This document shows, piece by piece, positions 18,720 through 28,810 of a stretch of 64,000 nucleotides of DNA. A program made the position numbers and the translations under genes. The notes under the pieces were generated by a model. It searched no databases, was not told where the DNA came from, and was given only the letters and a program-made list of their open reading frames with translations. Positions within the stretch are counted from its first letter, which is position 1. The number at the start of each line of letters is the position of its first letter. Origin of the DNA: Candidatus Babeliales bacterium (GTDB lineage: Bacteria > Babelota > Babeliae > Babelales > Vermiphilaceae); assembly GCA_035940365.1 (NCBI GenBank), contig DASZEX010000033.1, positions 1,991-65,990 on the forward strand, given 5' to 3'.

Positions 18720-19595
18720 ATGAATTACCTAAACATAAACAAATTATTTATATTGTTTATAGTCAATAATGTATTTATTGGGGTATATCCAAGTGATATT
18801 AGTCAGATTGATTTAGCAGAAGCTAAACAACAATTGAAAAAAGAAATTGCAGAAGGACCACGATATTTTGAAAATAATGCTGCCTTAAGTCAAGTTAATA
18901 TATTGAAAGTATATGAAAATGCAAAACATGTGCCTGAAGGTATAGCAGGTATGGAACGTACAAGCTATATATTTCTTAATACTATGAAACCAAAAAATGA
19001 TTATATAGAGAATTATATAAAAGCAGAGACGCTGAAAAAATATGCAAATGATATGTACAAAGATATTGATAATGCTACAGATAGAGAATCACTTGATAAA
19101 GTAAAAGAAAAATATGGCAAAATAACGAGTGAGTATGCTATGTCAATTTTTGATGAACGGCATGCAACTATGGCTGATAGTTTAACAGAAGCAAATATAC
19201 TCAAGCAATTGGGATTAAACTCAACTGAGGATCTTCGAAATTTCACGGATGCACAACTCGTTAAAAAAGCAAAAGCTAATATAGAAAAAAGTATTACTCC
19301 AAAAAGATTTTTCCTTTTTAGTGCAGCAGAACCAAAACTTTCAGTGTGGCAAAGAGTTGTTAACTGGTTGAGAGGAACACCAAAAACGAGCCTTGGATTT
19401 GCTAGCCAAGTACCTCAAAAAATTACACAAGAGCCTGCTATGCAGACTAGTTATGGGCAACGTCTAATGCCAAGAAGAATGCCGCGGTGGCAAGATACTC
19501 AACAATGGCTAAAAGAAAAAAAAGCAAAATATTTTTCGCCAGAAATGCATAAACAAAAAGTTCATGAATATTTGTATGGGGAACAATATTGGTAA
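18720..19595 (+). CDS. hypothetical secreted protein, paralog A of a tandem pair
   Basis: Start at MNYLNINKLFILF (SD GGGGGA); ORF track start is 18672. Shares blocks with 19678..20304. Confidence 0.55.
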   Translation: MNYLNINKLFILFIVNNVFIGVYPSDISQIDLAEAKQQLKKEIAEGPRYFENNAALSQVNILKVYENAKHVPEGIAGMERTSYIFLNTMKPKNDYIENYIKAETLKKYANDMYKDIDNATDRESLDKVKEKYGKITSEYAMSIFDERHATMADSLTEANILKQLGLNSTEDLRNFTDAQLVKKAKANIEKSITPKRFFLFSAAEPKLSVWQRVVNWLRGTPKTSLGFASQVPQKITQEPAMQTSYGQRLMPRRMPRWQDTQQWLKEKKAKYFSPEMHKQKVHEYLYGEQYW

Positions 19596-19677
19596 ATTAC
19601 GCAATACATTTGAGATTCATTGGCAATAATGTTTAAAGAAAATACATATAAGATTTGTTAATTATATGGGGGATCCA

Positions 19678-20304
19678 ATGCGCAATATATCATTAATAAT
19701 AGGCATATCTATGGTATTGTCACAAACATATGTATATGCCCAAGAGACTCATCAAATTACCTTAAAAGAAGCTAAAGAAGAAGCGAAAAAAAAATTTGCA
19801 GATGATCTGTACTATAATTTAGATGAAATAATACGAACCCAAATTAAATATTTGCAAAAATATCAAAATGAAGAAATAGATTTTTCTTCATTTTCTGATG
19901 GATTAGACTTACTCTTTTATATTTGGCATTATACGATAGCAGATGCCATAAAACAACATTTGGCTGAAATCTATTATACTATTGATAAGGCATATGATCA
20001 AAATAATCTTACTGTATTAATTGAAGAATGTATGGAAATAATAAAAAAAGAGACAGATACATTAGGCAATAAAAATTATAAAAATACTATAAAGTCTACT
20101 TTAACTAATAAAGAAAACTTACTTAAAGCATTCGGTCTATCTTCTATTGACCAGGTAAAAGAATATACTGATGAACAATTGTTTGCAATCAGAAAAGAAA
20201 AAATGCAGGATATGTATAGGCTTCCTACTACACGTTGGTTTTCTACACCAACGTTTATACAACGATTTATTAATTGGTGGAAAGGAATACCTTCTACTAA
20301 GTAA
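19678..20304 (+). CDS. hypothetical secreted protein, paralog B of a tandem pair
   Basis: Start at MRNISLIIGISMVLSQTYVYAQ (SD GGGGGA). LLKAFGLSSIDQVKEYTDEQL / FIQRFINWWKGIPSTK match ILKQLGLNSTEDLRNFTDAQL / VWQRVVNWLRGTPKTS in the neighbour. Confidence 0.55.
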   Translation: MRNISLIIGISMVLSQTYVYAQETHQITLKEAKEEAKKKFADDLYYNLDEIIRTQIKYLQKYQNEEIDFSSFSDGLDLLFYIWHYTIADAIKQHLAEIYYTIDKAYDQNNLTVLIEECMEIIKKETDTLGNKNYKNTIKSTLTNKENLLKAFGLSSIDQVKEYTDEQLFAIRKEKMQDMYRLPTTRWFSTPTFIQRFINWWKGIPSTK

Positions 20305-20405
20305 ACAGATAGTTTTAATGAAATAATGTATAGATGTTTATTCTGTTTTTTACTTTACTCTTTGTATATTTTATGTCACACTAATAGAAATATCTTTGAT
20401 ATATA

Positions 20406-20779
20406 CGCACCGTGGGTAGGCAATCGCGTACACTATATGTATGAGGAAAGTCCGGACTCCAAACAAATACAGTGCCTCGGGAGAATAGTATGTCAATCGA
20501 GGGGAATCATATAATATATCGGTTATATGGTTTACGGAAAGTGCCACAGAAAATAACCGCCTTATATGTTATATAGGGTAAGGGTGAAAATGTGTAGTAA
20601 GAGTACACGCGCGCTAGCAGTAATGCTATAGCGGGGTAAACCCCACTGGGAGCAAGACAAAGCAGTGCAAATTGTCCGATTATTTGTTTCGGCCTGATGC
20701 ACGGGTATGTCGCATAGATAAATGGTTGCCATGACTAGTACTATAGTCAGACAGAATCCGGCTTATGCTCACGAGTGCG
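20406..20779 (+). ncRNA. rnpB: RNase P RNA (bacterial type A)
   Basis: Conserved blocks GAGGAAAGTCCGGACTCC, GGTAAGGGTGAAA, ACAGAATCCGGCTTA. P1 pairing 20406-20418 with 20766-20779. GC-rich island in AT-rich DNA. Confidence 0.9.
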
Positions 20780-20874
20780 AATTTTAATAAAAATACCGAA
20801 TCTATATTGTTTTTAATTATTTCCTTCAGTACACTGATATATACTGTTGTATTCTCTATTGTTAAAGGATCAGC

Positions 20875-21441
20875 GTGATTTCTACTTCTGACTTCAAAAA
20901 AGGTTCCAAGATATTATTTAATAATGAACCATACCAAGTTATTGATTTTTTGCATGTAAAACCAGGCAAGGGTGGCGCATTCATGCGTACCAAGATGAAA
21001 AATCTTATTACTGGTCTTATTCGGGAAGAAACATTCCGCTCAGGCGAAAAATTTGAAAAGCCAGATTTAGTCTATAGGGAAATGCAGTATTTATATAATG
21101 AAGATGATCTGTATCATTTTATGGATCAAGAATCATTTGAGCAAGTAAGTCTTAATTCCAATCAGCTAGAAGATGTATTAAATTATCTAAAAGAACAATT
21201 TATTTACACTATCCTATATTTTGAAGGTAAACCAATTAGTGTAAACCCACCGTTGTTTATGGAATTGCAAGTAAAAGAAACTATGCCTGGCGTGCGTGGT
21301 GATACTGCACAAGGTGGTGCAACCAAACCAGCAACATTGGAGACCGGTTTAGTGGTGAATGTGCCTTTATTTGTCAATGAAGGTGATTATGTCAAAGTTG
21401 ATACACGCGATGGTTCATATATAGAACGTGTAAAAAAATAA
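20875..21441 (+). CDS. efp: elongation factor P
   Basis: 188 aa, GTG start; SDFKKGSKILFNNEPYQVIDFLHVKPGKGGAFMRTKMKNL with the KPGKG loop. Confidence 0.95.
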   Translation: MISTSDFKKGSKILFNNEPYQVIDFLHVKPGKGGAFMRTKMKNLITGLIREETFRSGEKFEKPDLVYREMQYLYNEDDLYHFMDQESFEQVSLNSNQLEDVLNYLKEQFIYTILYFEGKPISVNPPLFMELQVKETMPGVRGDTAQGGATKPATLETGLVVNVPLFVNEGDYVKVDTRDGSYIERVKK

Positions 21442-21461
21442 TCACCAAAGCGAGAAATAGT

Positions 21462-21944
21462 ATGTGTTCAGAACCAACGTGCAGCCAACAGGAAGCTATG
21501 CAAGATAAACCAGTTAAATATACTGAATTATCGCGGCGTGATATTCGTGCGCTTATCTTTCATTTGTTGTATGCGGCAGAGGCATATGAATATCAAGATT
21601 CTTTGCAGGCTATTGTTGATAATCTTAATCGCGGTTTTCAATTAGATATTCCTTTTGATAGTGAGGCAGTACAAACAGCGCAAGCAATTATTGATATGCG
21701 AGATCAGCTTGATCAAAAATATATAGCATTGCTTGATAATTGGCGGCCAGAACGCGTGAGTGTATGCACTAAATTAATTTTGCGTCTTGGTATGTGGGAA
21801 TTAATATATACAGATACTGATCCGCGCATTATTATCAATGAAGCCATTGAACTAGCCAAATGCTTTGCCGAGGCTGATGCATATCGCTTTATTAATGGTT
21901 TGCTTGACCGTGCAGTCAAACAAGGTTCATATCGTAATACATAA
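21462..21944 (+). CDS. nusB: transcription antitermination factor NusB
   Basis: 160 aa; RRDIRALIFHLLY..., INEAIELAKCFAEADAYRFINGLLDRAVK. Confidence 0.85.
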   Translation: MCSEPTCSQQEAMQDKPVKYTELSRRDIRALIFHLLYAAEAYEYQDSLQAIVDNLNRGFQLDIPFDSEAVQTAQAIIDMRDQLDQKYIALLDNWRPERVSVCTKLILRLGMWELIYTDTDPRIIINEAIELAKCFAEADAYRFINGLLDRAVKQGSYRNT

Positions 21945-21963
21945 TCACCTTATATTATAGATG

Positions 21964-22824
21964 TCACTTGGATGCATATAAGGATAATTCTTGATCTTCA
22001 TTTTGATATGCCATATCATCAGGTGCATTCCAGAATATACCAGTTTTACGTATAAACAAATCTTTTGGCTTATATACTTCTTTGTATTCACTACTGCCAT
22101 ATGCGGTATATATCAAATTATTTTTTGTAGAAGTCAGAGCTTTACTATAGCGTGGATGTTTTCCTATACCAGGAAAGCTGTTGGTTGCATTGTATAACAA
22201 AGTAAGAATTTCATTAGCTTTGTCTTTTTGTACATCTTCTTTTAATTGAACAATAATACGCGACAATGCTTTTCTATTACTATACGTAACGCCCGGTGTC
22301 AAACGAATAGCAACAAGATTTATATAATTCTGTAAGTTATTAAGTTTAAGTGTATCTATAATACCTTGATATACTACAGCTATATCACCATCTTGTGGCA
22401 TAAAATAAAATTCATATCCCTTTGGTCCATGTATGTTGCTAATTATGTCAAATTCACGCGATACTTGATAATTTTTTTGCCCAATTACAATTGGTTTGGC
22501 AAAATCTTTTTCATTGAACTTACGCATTTGTTCACGCCAAGCGGGTTTAGATGTTTTCATATATTGATATAAAACTGGTAACGTTAAGGCTCCAATAAAT
22601 GCACCACTAATCAGTTTGTCTGAAAGAGATTTACTATGCCAACCATATTTTGCAGTACCACCAAGAAGAAGACTATAAGCAGTAATATCAATAGGACCTG
22701 CAGATATAGGTTTGAGTTCTGCTCGTTTTCTATAAAATTCAAAGCCTTTTTGAGAACTTTCTGCTTGTATATATATAGTATTACCAAGTAATACTGCACA
22801 TAGGGCATATATATAGTGGTTCAT
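21964..22824 (-). CDS. hypothetical exported/membrane protein
   Basis: Start at MNHYIYALCAVLLG (SD GAGAGG); no family recognised. Confidence 0.5.
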   Translation of the reverse strand: MNHYIYALCAVLLGNTIYIQAESSQKGFEFYRKRAELKPISAGPIDITAYSLLLGGTAKYGWHSKSLSDKLISGAFIGALTLPVLYQYMKTSKPAWREQMRKFNEKDFAKPIVIGQKNYQVSREFDIISNIHGPKGYEFYFMPQDGDIAVVYQGIIDTLKLNNLQNYINLVAIRLTPGVTYSNRKALSRIIVQLKEDVQKDKANEILTLLYNATNSFPGIGKHPRYSKALTSTKNNLIYTAYGSSEYKEVYKPKDLFIRKTGIFWNAPDDMAYQNEDQELSLYASK

Positions 22825-22983
22825 ATAATAACCTCTCATTTTTATTAATTCAGCTTATTTCATTGTGAGTATATATGATATAATTTCCGATAGTCAATGG
22901 TTAATGAAAAATATCCTTATACATAATAATTATTTTTTGTGGGGTATTACACAAATATTCCCATACCCCCCAACTCTGCACGA

Positions 22984-23018
22984 GGCTAAGTTGCTCAAAC
23001 AATGACGCCTTAATAGAA
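22984..23018. repeat. copy 1 of a ~32-nt conserved box (second copy at 56776-56811)
   Basis: GGCTAAGTTGCTCAAACAATGACGCCTTAATAGAA vs GGCTAAGTTGTTCAAACATTGACGCCTCAATAAGAA; both lie just 3' of minus-strand stop codons and next to a GC-rich hairpin. Confidence 0.6.
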
Positions 23019-23024
23019 AATATA

Positions 23025-23804
23025 TCATATAATAGATGGCCTAATTGCTGATATCTTTTTGTTTCGGGATATTGAATTGAGCATCACGGTATTAATATAG
23101 GTATCACGTGCAATTCGTTGTTCCCATTTTGTGTCAATCTCATAGATCGGTGCTTGGTTGCTATAAAAATGAATGGTTCCTGGTTTTTGATAGGTAAAAT
23201 GTATAAAACTATCTTCTTTTGTATGTGTATGTAATATAGTATCCAGATACACAAGCCAACTGCCCACTATTGGATGATGCAAATCCGTATGATTTGGCTC
23301 TTTATTGTGTATGGTAATACGCATATTTGCTATACGCTCATGGTGTGGTTGCTCACGGCCAAAGAAACCAATAACTGGTTGCACCATATCTTCAAAAGAA
23401 ATTAAGTTATATACATAATTGATTACATCCATATTTGGTTTATATGAACTTCCAGCCGGGGTGCCCAGTAAATATAAGGCATCAATAGATCTATGCCTAT
23501 CAGAATTTTGTGCACATATATGTGAAGCAAGAATGGCAACATTGCCGCCATGGCTATGACCTACCATGCAAATACGTGTAGCAGCATCATACCTTTTAAC
23601 TAATGCAGCAAGATCTTGAGCAGCTTGTTTGCGCGCAACATCATTATTATATCCAGACCACCGAAAAGGAATAACCATGGCATGTTGTACGGTACATTTG
23701 GCATTAAGTGCCTCAAAAAAATCGCCATCTGGCTTATACCAAGAACTATCAGCACCCCAGGTGCCATGAATCAATATAAATATTGTATGAATAATAGGCG
23801 ACAT
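23025..23804 (-). CDS. alpha/beta-hydrolase (lipase/esterase-like)
   Basis: 259 aa; ILIHGTWG oxyanion region and GHSHGG nucleophile elbow. Confidence 0.7.
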   Translation of the reverse strand: MSPIIHTIFILIHGTWGADSSWYKPDGDFFEALNAKCTVQHAMVIPFRWSGYNNDVARKQAAQDLAALVKRYDAATRICMVGHSHGGNVAILASHICAQNSDRHRSIDALYLLGTPAGSSYKPNMDVINYVYNLISFEDMVQPVIGFFGREQPHHERIANMRITIHNKEPNHTDLHHPIVGSWLVYLDTILHTHTKEDSFIHFTYQKPGTIHFYSNQAPIYEIDTKWEQRIARDTYINTVMLNSISRNKKISAIRPSII

Positions 23805-23839
23805 ACTACTCTCACCAATTATTGTATCACACTTTATAG

Positions 23840-24184
23840 CTAGTTCCGCCTATATCGATTTTCTGTATACTCCCGGAAAGCTTTGCGGCGGTTTCTGTTT
23901 TCCAAAAATTCAACTTCTTGTTTCATACAGGTATCTGAAAGATATACATATTCGGTAAGCCATTGTTTGTATCTAGCAGGCGAGGGAAGGATATTATTAA
24001 GGTTTTGCCAATTGCGATAATAAACATTATAAAACATCTTAGATTCAGCAGGTGTAATAGGGGAATCTATTTCAGCAGGTTGATGTATGGGCAATTTTAG
24101 TATGCGTCTTGTGCGCATAGCATGAGCATCATTACATAGAAAAATAGATAGATAAACTATAGATATAGATACTATTTTATGCAT
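23840..24184 (-). CDS. hypothetical secreted protein
   Basis: 114 aa with signal peptide (IVSISIVYLSIFLCNDAHA). Confidence 0.45.
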   Translation of the reverse strand: MHKIVSISIVYLSIFLCNDAHAMRTRRILKLPIHQPAEIDSPITPAESKMFYNVYYRNWQNLNNILPSPARYKQWLTEYVYLSDTCMKQEVEFLENRNRRKAFREYTENRYRRN

Positions 24185-24198
24185 GTATAAACCTTTTT

Positions 24199-24873
24199 TT
24201 ATTTTTTGTTATGTATAGACATGAGAGTACGTGATATAAGTAACCACGGCACGCTTATTATAATAGCAATAACTTTTATGGTATAACTTATTATAATAAT
24301 TTGTTCTATGTGCTCTACAATACCATACAATCCAAACAAGCTAAATGCAATAGTATCAAATAATTGCGATAGCATAATTGATATATAATTACGTACAACA
24401 AGAAGTCGGCTTGTCCAATATTTTTTCAAAAAGCTATACAAGTAATAGTCAATAGCTTGAGCCATAAAATAAACCAATACAGATGCAATAACAATACGAG
24501 GAGTGTGAACAAGAATTGCATGAAAATGGTGTTGTGTACTATCAAACATATTTGGTTGGTACCAAAGATGTATATAACTCAGTAATGTATATAATGACAA
24601 AACAAAAAAATTAATAGTAATTGCCTGCCATGCTACTTTTTTTCCGTAATATTCTTGTAACATATTAAGTGCCAATGTAGCGCCAATAGTAAATGCATCT
24701 GATCCAGTTGCATTCAGGCCAAATAAGGTAATTTGCTTGATAACAAATATATTGGCAAGTAAACAATAGAGAGATACTAATGTAGTCAAAGCTGCTGGGC
24801 CTATATATACTCCAATAAGCGTAGCACAGGTTAATATGAGGCTATGTATAATAAAAATATATTCATTCATCAT
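24199..24873 (-). CDS. queuosine-precursor transporter (VUT family, YhhQ/DUF165-like)
   Basis: Multi-TM; GSDAFTIGATLALNMLQEYYGKK and SQLFDTIAFS blocks. Start moved to MMNEY (24873) because the 25011 start would overlap the ABC-F gene by ~150 nt. Confidence 0.7.
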   Translation of the reverse strand: MMNEYIFIIHSLILTCATLIGVYIGPAALTTLVSLYCLLANIFVIKQITLFGLNATGSDAFTIGATLALNMLQEYYGKKVAWQAITINFFVLSLYTLLSYIHLWYQPNMFDSTQHHFHAILVHTPRIVIASVLVYFMAQAIDYYLYSFLKKYWTSRLLVVRNYISIMLSQLFDTIAFSLFGLYGIVEHIEQIIIISYTIKVIAIIISVPWLLISRTLMSIHNKK

Positions 24874-26728
24874 GCAGGCGTTCCCATTCGTGCAATAACT
24901 GTTCATGTTCTTTCTGTAAATTCTGCAGCTGTGTAGTTGCTTGGTTAAATAGTATTGAACCATATATAAGATCTGCAAAAGATTCTTGTATCTTTTGTAT
25001 TTCGCGCTCAATTTTTTCTATTTTTTGCTCAAGTGAACGAATGTGTTTACGCATTTCATATGTTTGTGTAGGTGATTTTTTTGCCAAAAAAGTTTGGGAT
25101 TGTGCAGATTCTATTGAAGGTGCAGATACAGAAGCAGCCGCTTTTTTTTGATATATATAGGCATCATAATTGCCATGATAGAAAAAAGTGCCTTGTGGTG
25201 TCAGTTCAACAATATGTGTTGCTAGTTGATTAACAAAATCATGATCATGGGAAACAAATAACAGAGTGCCTTCATATGCCTGCAATGCAGCAAGCAAAAT
25301 ATCTTTTGAGGGAATATCTAAATGATTGGTAGGTTCATCCAGCATCAAAAAATTAGCATTTTGTAATAATACTTTGACCATGCCAAGCCGGTTGCGTTCA
25401 CCGCCACTCAGAACGCTTGCTTTTTTGTTAACTGCTTCATTGGTAAATAAAAATGATCCTAGCATTGAACGTACCGTTTGTTCAGTAGTATTGCCTGCAT
25501 GTGCATATGCATTTTCAAATACGGTGTGTGAAAGATTAAGTGATGCTGTTTGATCTTGGTCAAATACTGCCGTTGTTACTTTATAGCCAAAAGAAAGCGT
25601 ACCAGTCTGCAATGGTAAACGGCCTGAAATAATATTCAATAAGGTAGTTTTACCTACGCCATTGGCAGCAACAATAGCAACTTTATTCCCTCGCTCTATA
25701 GTAAAGGTTGCATTACTAAAAATATGTTTAGTGCCAAAATGATATGATAAATCTTTGGCCGTCAATACAATACGGCCTGATTGTTCAAGTGGAGCAAAAT
25801 GGAACATAATTTTTTTATGATCAGGTGGCAATGTAATCCGTTCAATTTTTTCAACTTTTTTGATCATGCTTTGCGCCATGCGTGCCTTGCTGGCACTTGC
25901 GCGAAACCGATCAATCGTTGCCTGCATTTGCTTGAGGGTACGCTGTTGATTTTTATAAGAAGCTTCTAGCCGAGCAAGCGCTTCTGCTTTTTGTTTTACA
26001 TAATCATCATAATTTCCGGTATAAAAGGTAGCAGTACCTCGCTCCAGTTCAATAATGCCAGAACATAATCTATTGAGAAATCGTTTTTCATGGCAGACAA
26101 GCATAAACCCAAATGAACTTTCTTCCAGAAATGATAAAAACCATTCTTTTGCCACAATATCTAAATGGTTAGTTGGTTCATCAAAAAGATAAAAATCTGC
26201 ATGTTTTAATAGTAGGGTTGCCAGTATCACACGCATTTTCCAGCCGACACTCAATGTTTGCACTGATTGATCAAGTTGAGGGATAGTAAACCCAAGACCG
26301 CATAATATACGTTGTGCTTCTGCCCGTTTTTGCTCCGGTTCCATGAGTTCTTTTTGCTGACATAGTTGTGCATAAATATCGATTAATTCTTGATTACTGG
26401 GGTTATGTTCTAGTTCTTGCTCAATATGATGCAAACGAGTCAGAAGTTCCTGAAGCCCTTCAAATGCAGTCATAGTTTGATCAATAATAGATTTTTCTGA
26501 GGCAAGCACTACCTCTTGTGGCAAATATGCAAACGTTTTACCTTTGACAATAGCAATAGTACCGCCATCTACTTTTTGATTGCCCGCAATTGCCTTGAGC
26601 AAAGTAGATTTACCTGAACCATTGAGGCCAAAAAGACCGATACGGTCTGATTCTTGGATAATACAAGAAATATCATTAAAAATAGGTTGATCGCCATATG
26701 ATAGGCGAAGGTTACGTATACTAATCAT
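24863..26728 (-). CDS. ABC-F family ATPase (two ABC domains, no TM)
   Basis: 621 aa; two Walker A sites (GLNGSGKST, ANGVGKTT), two signatures (LSVGWKMR, LSGGERNR), Walker B LFDEPTNHLD / MLDEPTNHLD, C-terminal coiled coil. Confidence 0.9.
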   Translation of the reverse strand: MISIRNLRLSYGDQPIFNDISCIIQESDRIGLFGLNGSGKSTLLKAIAGNQKVDGGTIAIVKGKTFAYLPQEVVLASEKSIIDQTMTAFEGLQELLTRLHHIEQELEHNPSNQELIDIYAQLCQQKELMEPEQKRAEAQRILCGLGFTIPQLDQSVQTLSVGWKMRVILATLLLKHADFYLFDEPTNHLDIVAKEWFLSFLEESSFGFMLVCHEKRFLNRLCSGIIELERGTATFYTGNYDDYVKQKAEALARLEASYKNQQRTLKQMQATIDRFRASASKARMAQSMIKKVEKIERITLPPDHKKIMFHFAPLEQSGRIVLTAKDLSYHFGTKHIFSNATFTIERGNKVAIVAANGVGKTTLLNIISGRLPLQTGTLSFGYKVTTAVFDQDQTASLNLSHTVFENAYAHAGNTTEQTVRSMLGSFLFTNEAVNKKASVLSGGERNRLGMVKVLLQNANFLMLDEPTNHLDIPSKDILLAALQAYEGTLLFVSHDHDFVNQLATHIVELTPQGTFFYHGNYDAYIYQKKAAASVSAPSIESAQSQTFLAKKSPTQTYEMRKHIRSLEQKIEKIEREIQKIQESFADLIYGSILFNQATTQLQNLQKEHEQLLHEWERLHDE

Positions 26729-26833
26729 ACGTATAAGTATACGAGCATTTCAGTACAAAGTGTAGTAAAATTCGTATTTTTATTGCATGTATAGTAAAAG
26801 TAATTATGATTATAATATTTAACAATCAAAGAT

Positions 26834-28660
26834 ATGTTTTATTGTATCATTTTTTATTTTCTATGTTTCTTGCCACATCTTTGTGCAATGAATGCAGCTG
26901 ACTCACCATTATTGTATGAGCAACCTGAAACCGCAGGGCTAGATATTTGTGTTGATCATGGTGTATATCTTGGTTACTCTTACTTGAATACTATTTTTGG
27001 TCTTCGATCAGTAAATCGGTATTATAGAAATTTAATAGATCAAAATCACAATACTATTGCCAAAATATTAGAGAAAGAGGCTCAGGAATCACTCGATACC
27101 AAACATACCTTTAATATAAAAACGTTTGTATTTAATAAATATAATACTGCTTGCGGCTGGACTTACTATTATTGTGATGCCTGTAAATTGCCTGAACGCA
27201 AACCATGTGGTTGGATGTACTGTTGGCATACTGAATGCACATCATCCAAGCGTTGTACCTGTAAAACGCCTGCTATTAAAGTGACGTTATTTCGTTTTCA
27301 ATTTGCAGGTAAGACTGAAGCATCTACGGACAACAATACCGTAACATTTGCGCCAAATATAAAAAAATACGTAATAAATAGTGAAGTTTTGGGGGCAAAA
27401 CTTACATGGGCTGACAATTCAAGCTATACCCTCAAAAATAGCTACAAGGATAACTTATTAGATATTGCACCATGGTTTGATACACAAGATAATCTTTGTA
27501 TCTATAAAAATTATTTGAATTCTAATTCCGCCTTTATTGCTGAAAGTTATATAAATAATAAAGGTGAATATTATATAGGTGACTTAGCATGTACTCTAGA
27601 TAGAGAAACGATTGACCTATCTTCTTTTGTATGTTTGCCAGGGTTTTTTGATACTATCATATCTAATAATGTGTACAAAAAACGTACAGATGATGGTATT
27701 ACTTTTGACGCAGATGCCATTTTATCGTGTACATATAATTTTAATCAGGAACAACTGCATCTATTGAATCTATTATTGAAACGGAAAGGCCCCACAAATT
27801 TGTTCATGCTTTATCTCATGCGTATTGGTTATTATTCATCACGAGATCAAAAAGCGGTTTTGGATATTTACAAGTATAGCCTTACTAAGTCTAAGAAATG
27901 CGGCGGGGCATATGTAAATGTAAAAACAAATCCCCTAGGATGGTTAGAATACAATGGCAAATATATTAGGGAAAATGATATTTGTTTAGATACCTTATTA
28001 GAAAGAAATTTTACATGGGAAGGGTGTAAATCAGTAATGAAAGAATTAAAAGTATGTAAAAAAAAATCAAAAATTATTTTACCACCTAATCACGAGTTTT
28101 CTGGATCTTTTTTCCCATCATTTTTAGCTGAAGTCAGAAAAAAACCATATGAACCAGTATTATTACATATATGGACAGGTTTTGATAAAGAAAATAAACA
28201 CGTGCCATCATATAATTTTGCTCATATCAATCAATTAACTGAAAAAACTTATATTGATCTATGGAAACAAAGTGTCAATATTATAGTAGGTTCAACGCTC
28301 TATTGTCTAAAAAAAGATGGAAAAATAGATACCACGAGTGAAATTCCTGTATTGACTGACCAGGATACCAAAAAAGGTTATATTATTGATAAAGTTGAAC
28401 CAATTAATCAAGAAAAAGGAACTATTGCTGCTTACCTGAAACCCAAAAAAGTATGGGATTATATGTATCTGCCTTATAAGCATATAGATCTTTCTACTGG
28501 CGTGAATACATTTGCTCGTGATGGATTTAATTTTAAGTTACTGTCTTATGATTATCTGATGAAATCGTTTAGTATAGTCACATCGTTATTATATAACTGG
28601 CAAACACGTATAGAAAGAATTAAATATACGATTTTAGATTTGTTTAATGGCCGCCGATGA
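26834..28660 (+). CDS. hypothetical protein, paralog 1 of Cys-cluster family
   Basis: 608 aa; hydrophobic N-terminus; FNKYNTACGWTYYYCDACKLPERKPCGWMYCWHTECTSSKRCTCK shared with the next gene. Confidence 0.55.
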   Translation: MFYCIIFYFLCFLPHLCAMNAADSPLLYEQPETAGLDICVDHGVYLGYSYLNTIFGLRSVNRYYRNLIDQNHNTIAKILEKEAQESLDTKHTFNIKTFVFNKYNTACGWTYYYCDACKLPERKPCGWMYCWHTECTSSKRCTCKTPAIKVTLFRFQFAGKTEASTDNNTVTFAPNIKKYVINSEVLGAKLTWADNSSYTLKNSYKDNLLDIAPWFDTQDNLCIYKNYLNSNSAFIAESYINNKGEYYIGDLACTLDRETIDLSSFVCLPGFFDTIISNNVYKKRTDDGITFDADAILSCTYNFNQEQLHLLNLLLKRKGPTNLFMLYLMRIGYYSSRDQKAVLDIYKYSLTKSKKCGGAYVNVKTNPLGWLEYNGKYIRENDICLDTLLERNFTWEGCKSVMKELKVCKKKSKIILPPNHEFSGSFFPSFLAEVRKKPYEPVLLHIWTGFDKENKHVPSYNFAHINQLTEKTYIDLWKQSVNIIVGSTLYCLKKDGKIDTTSEIPVLTDQDTKKGYIIDKVEPINQEKGTIAAYLKPKKVWDYMYLPYKHIDLSTGVNTFARDGFNFKLLSYDYLMKSFSIVTSLLYNWQTRIERIKYTILDLFNGRR

Positions 28661-28810
28661 CATTATTATGTAATATACTATGAATGTATCTTTCTGGTTA
28701 TTATATTGGTCGGGTTGTCATACACAACCATAGAGTGATATACAGAAATATAAAAGTATTATAGTATATGAATATAGCAATTATTCTTTAAAAAAATCTT
28801 ATTATTCAAT

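Noticed and set aside
20326-20514. 62-aa ORF in the track
   Set aside because: It lies across the 5' half of the RNase P RNA (contains GAGGAAAGTCCGGACTCC). It is a spurious ORF inside an ncRNA gene.
22904-23005. 33-aa plus-strand ORF (MKNILIHNNYFLWGITQIFPYPPTLHEAKLLKQ) covering repeat-box copy 1
   Set aside because: It has no SD. The matching frame at copy 2 (..AKLFKH*) has no start codon and an upstream stop. The similarity is better explained at nucleotide level.
24874-25011. N-terminal 46-codon extension of the VUT transporter ORF
   Set aside because: It would overlap the 3' end of the ABC-F gene by ~150 nt, and its sequence is not membrane-protein-like. The internal ATG at 24873 gives a normal small overlap.
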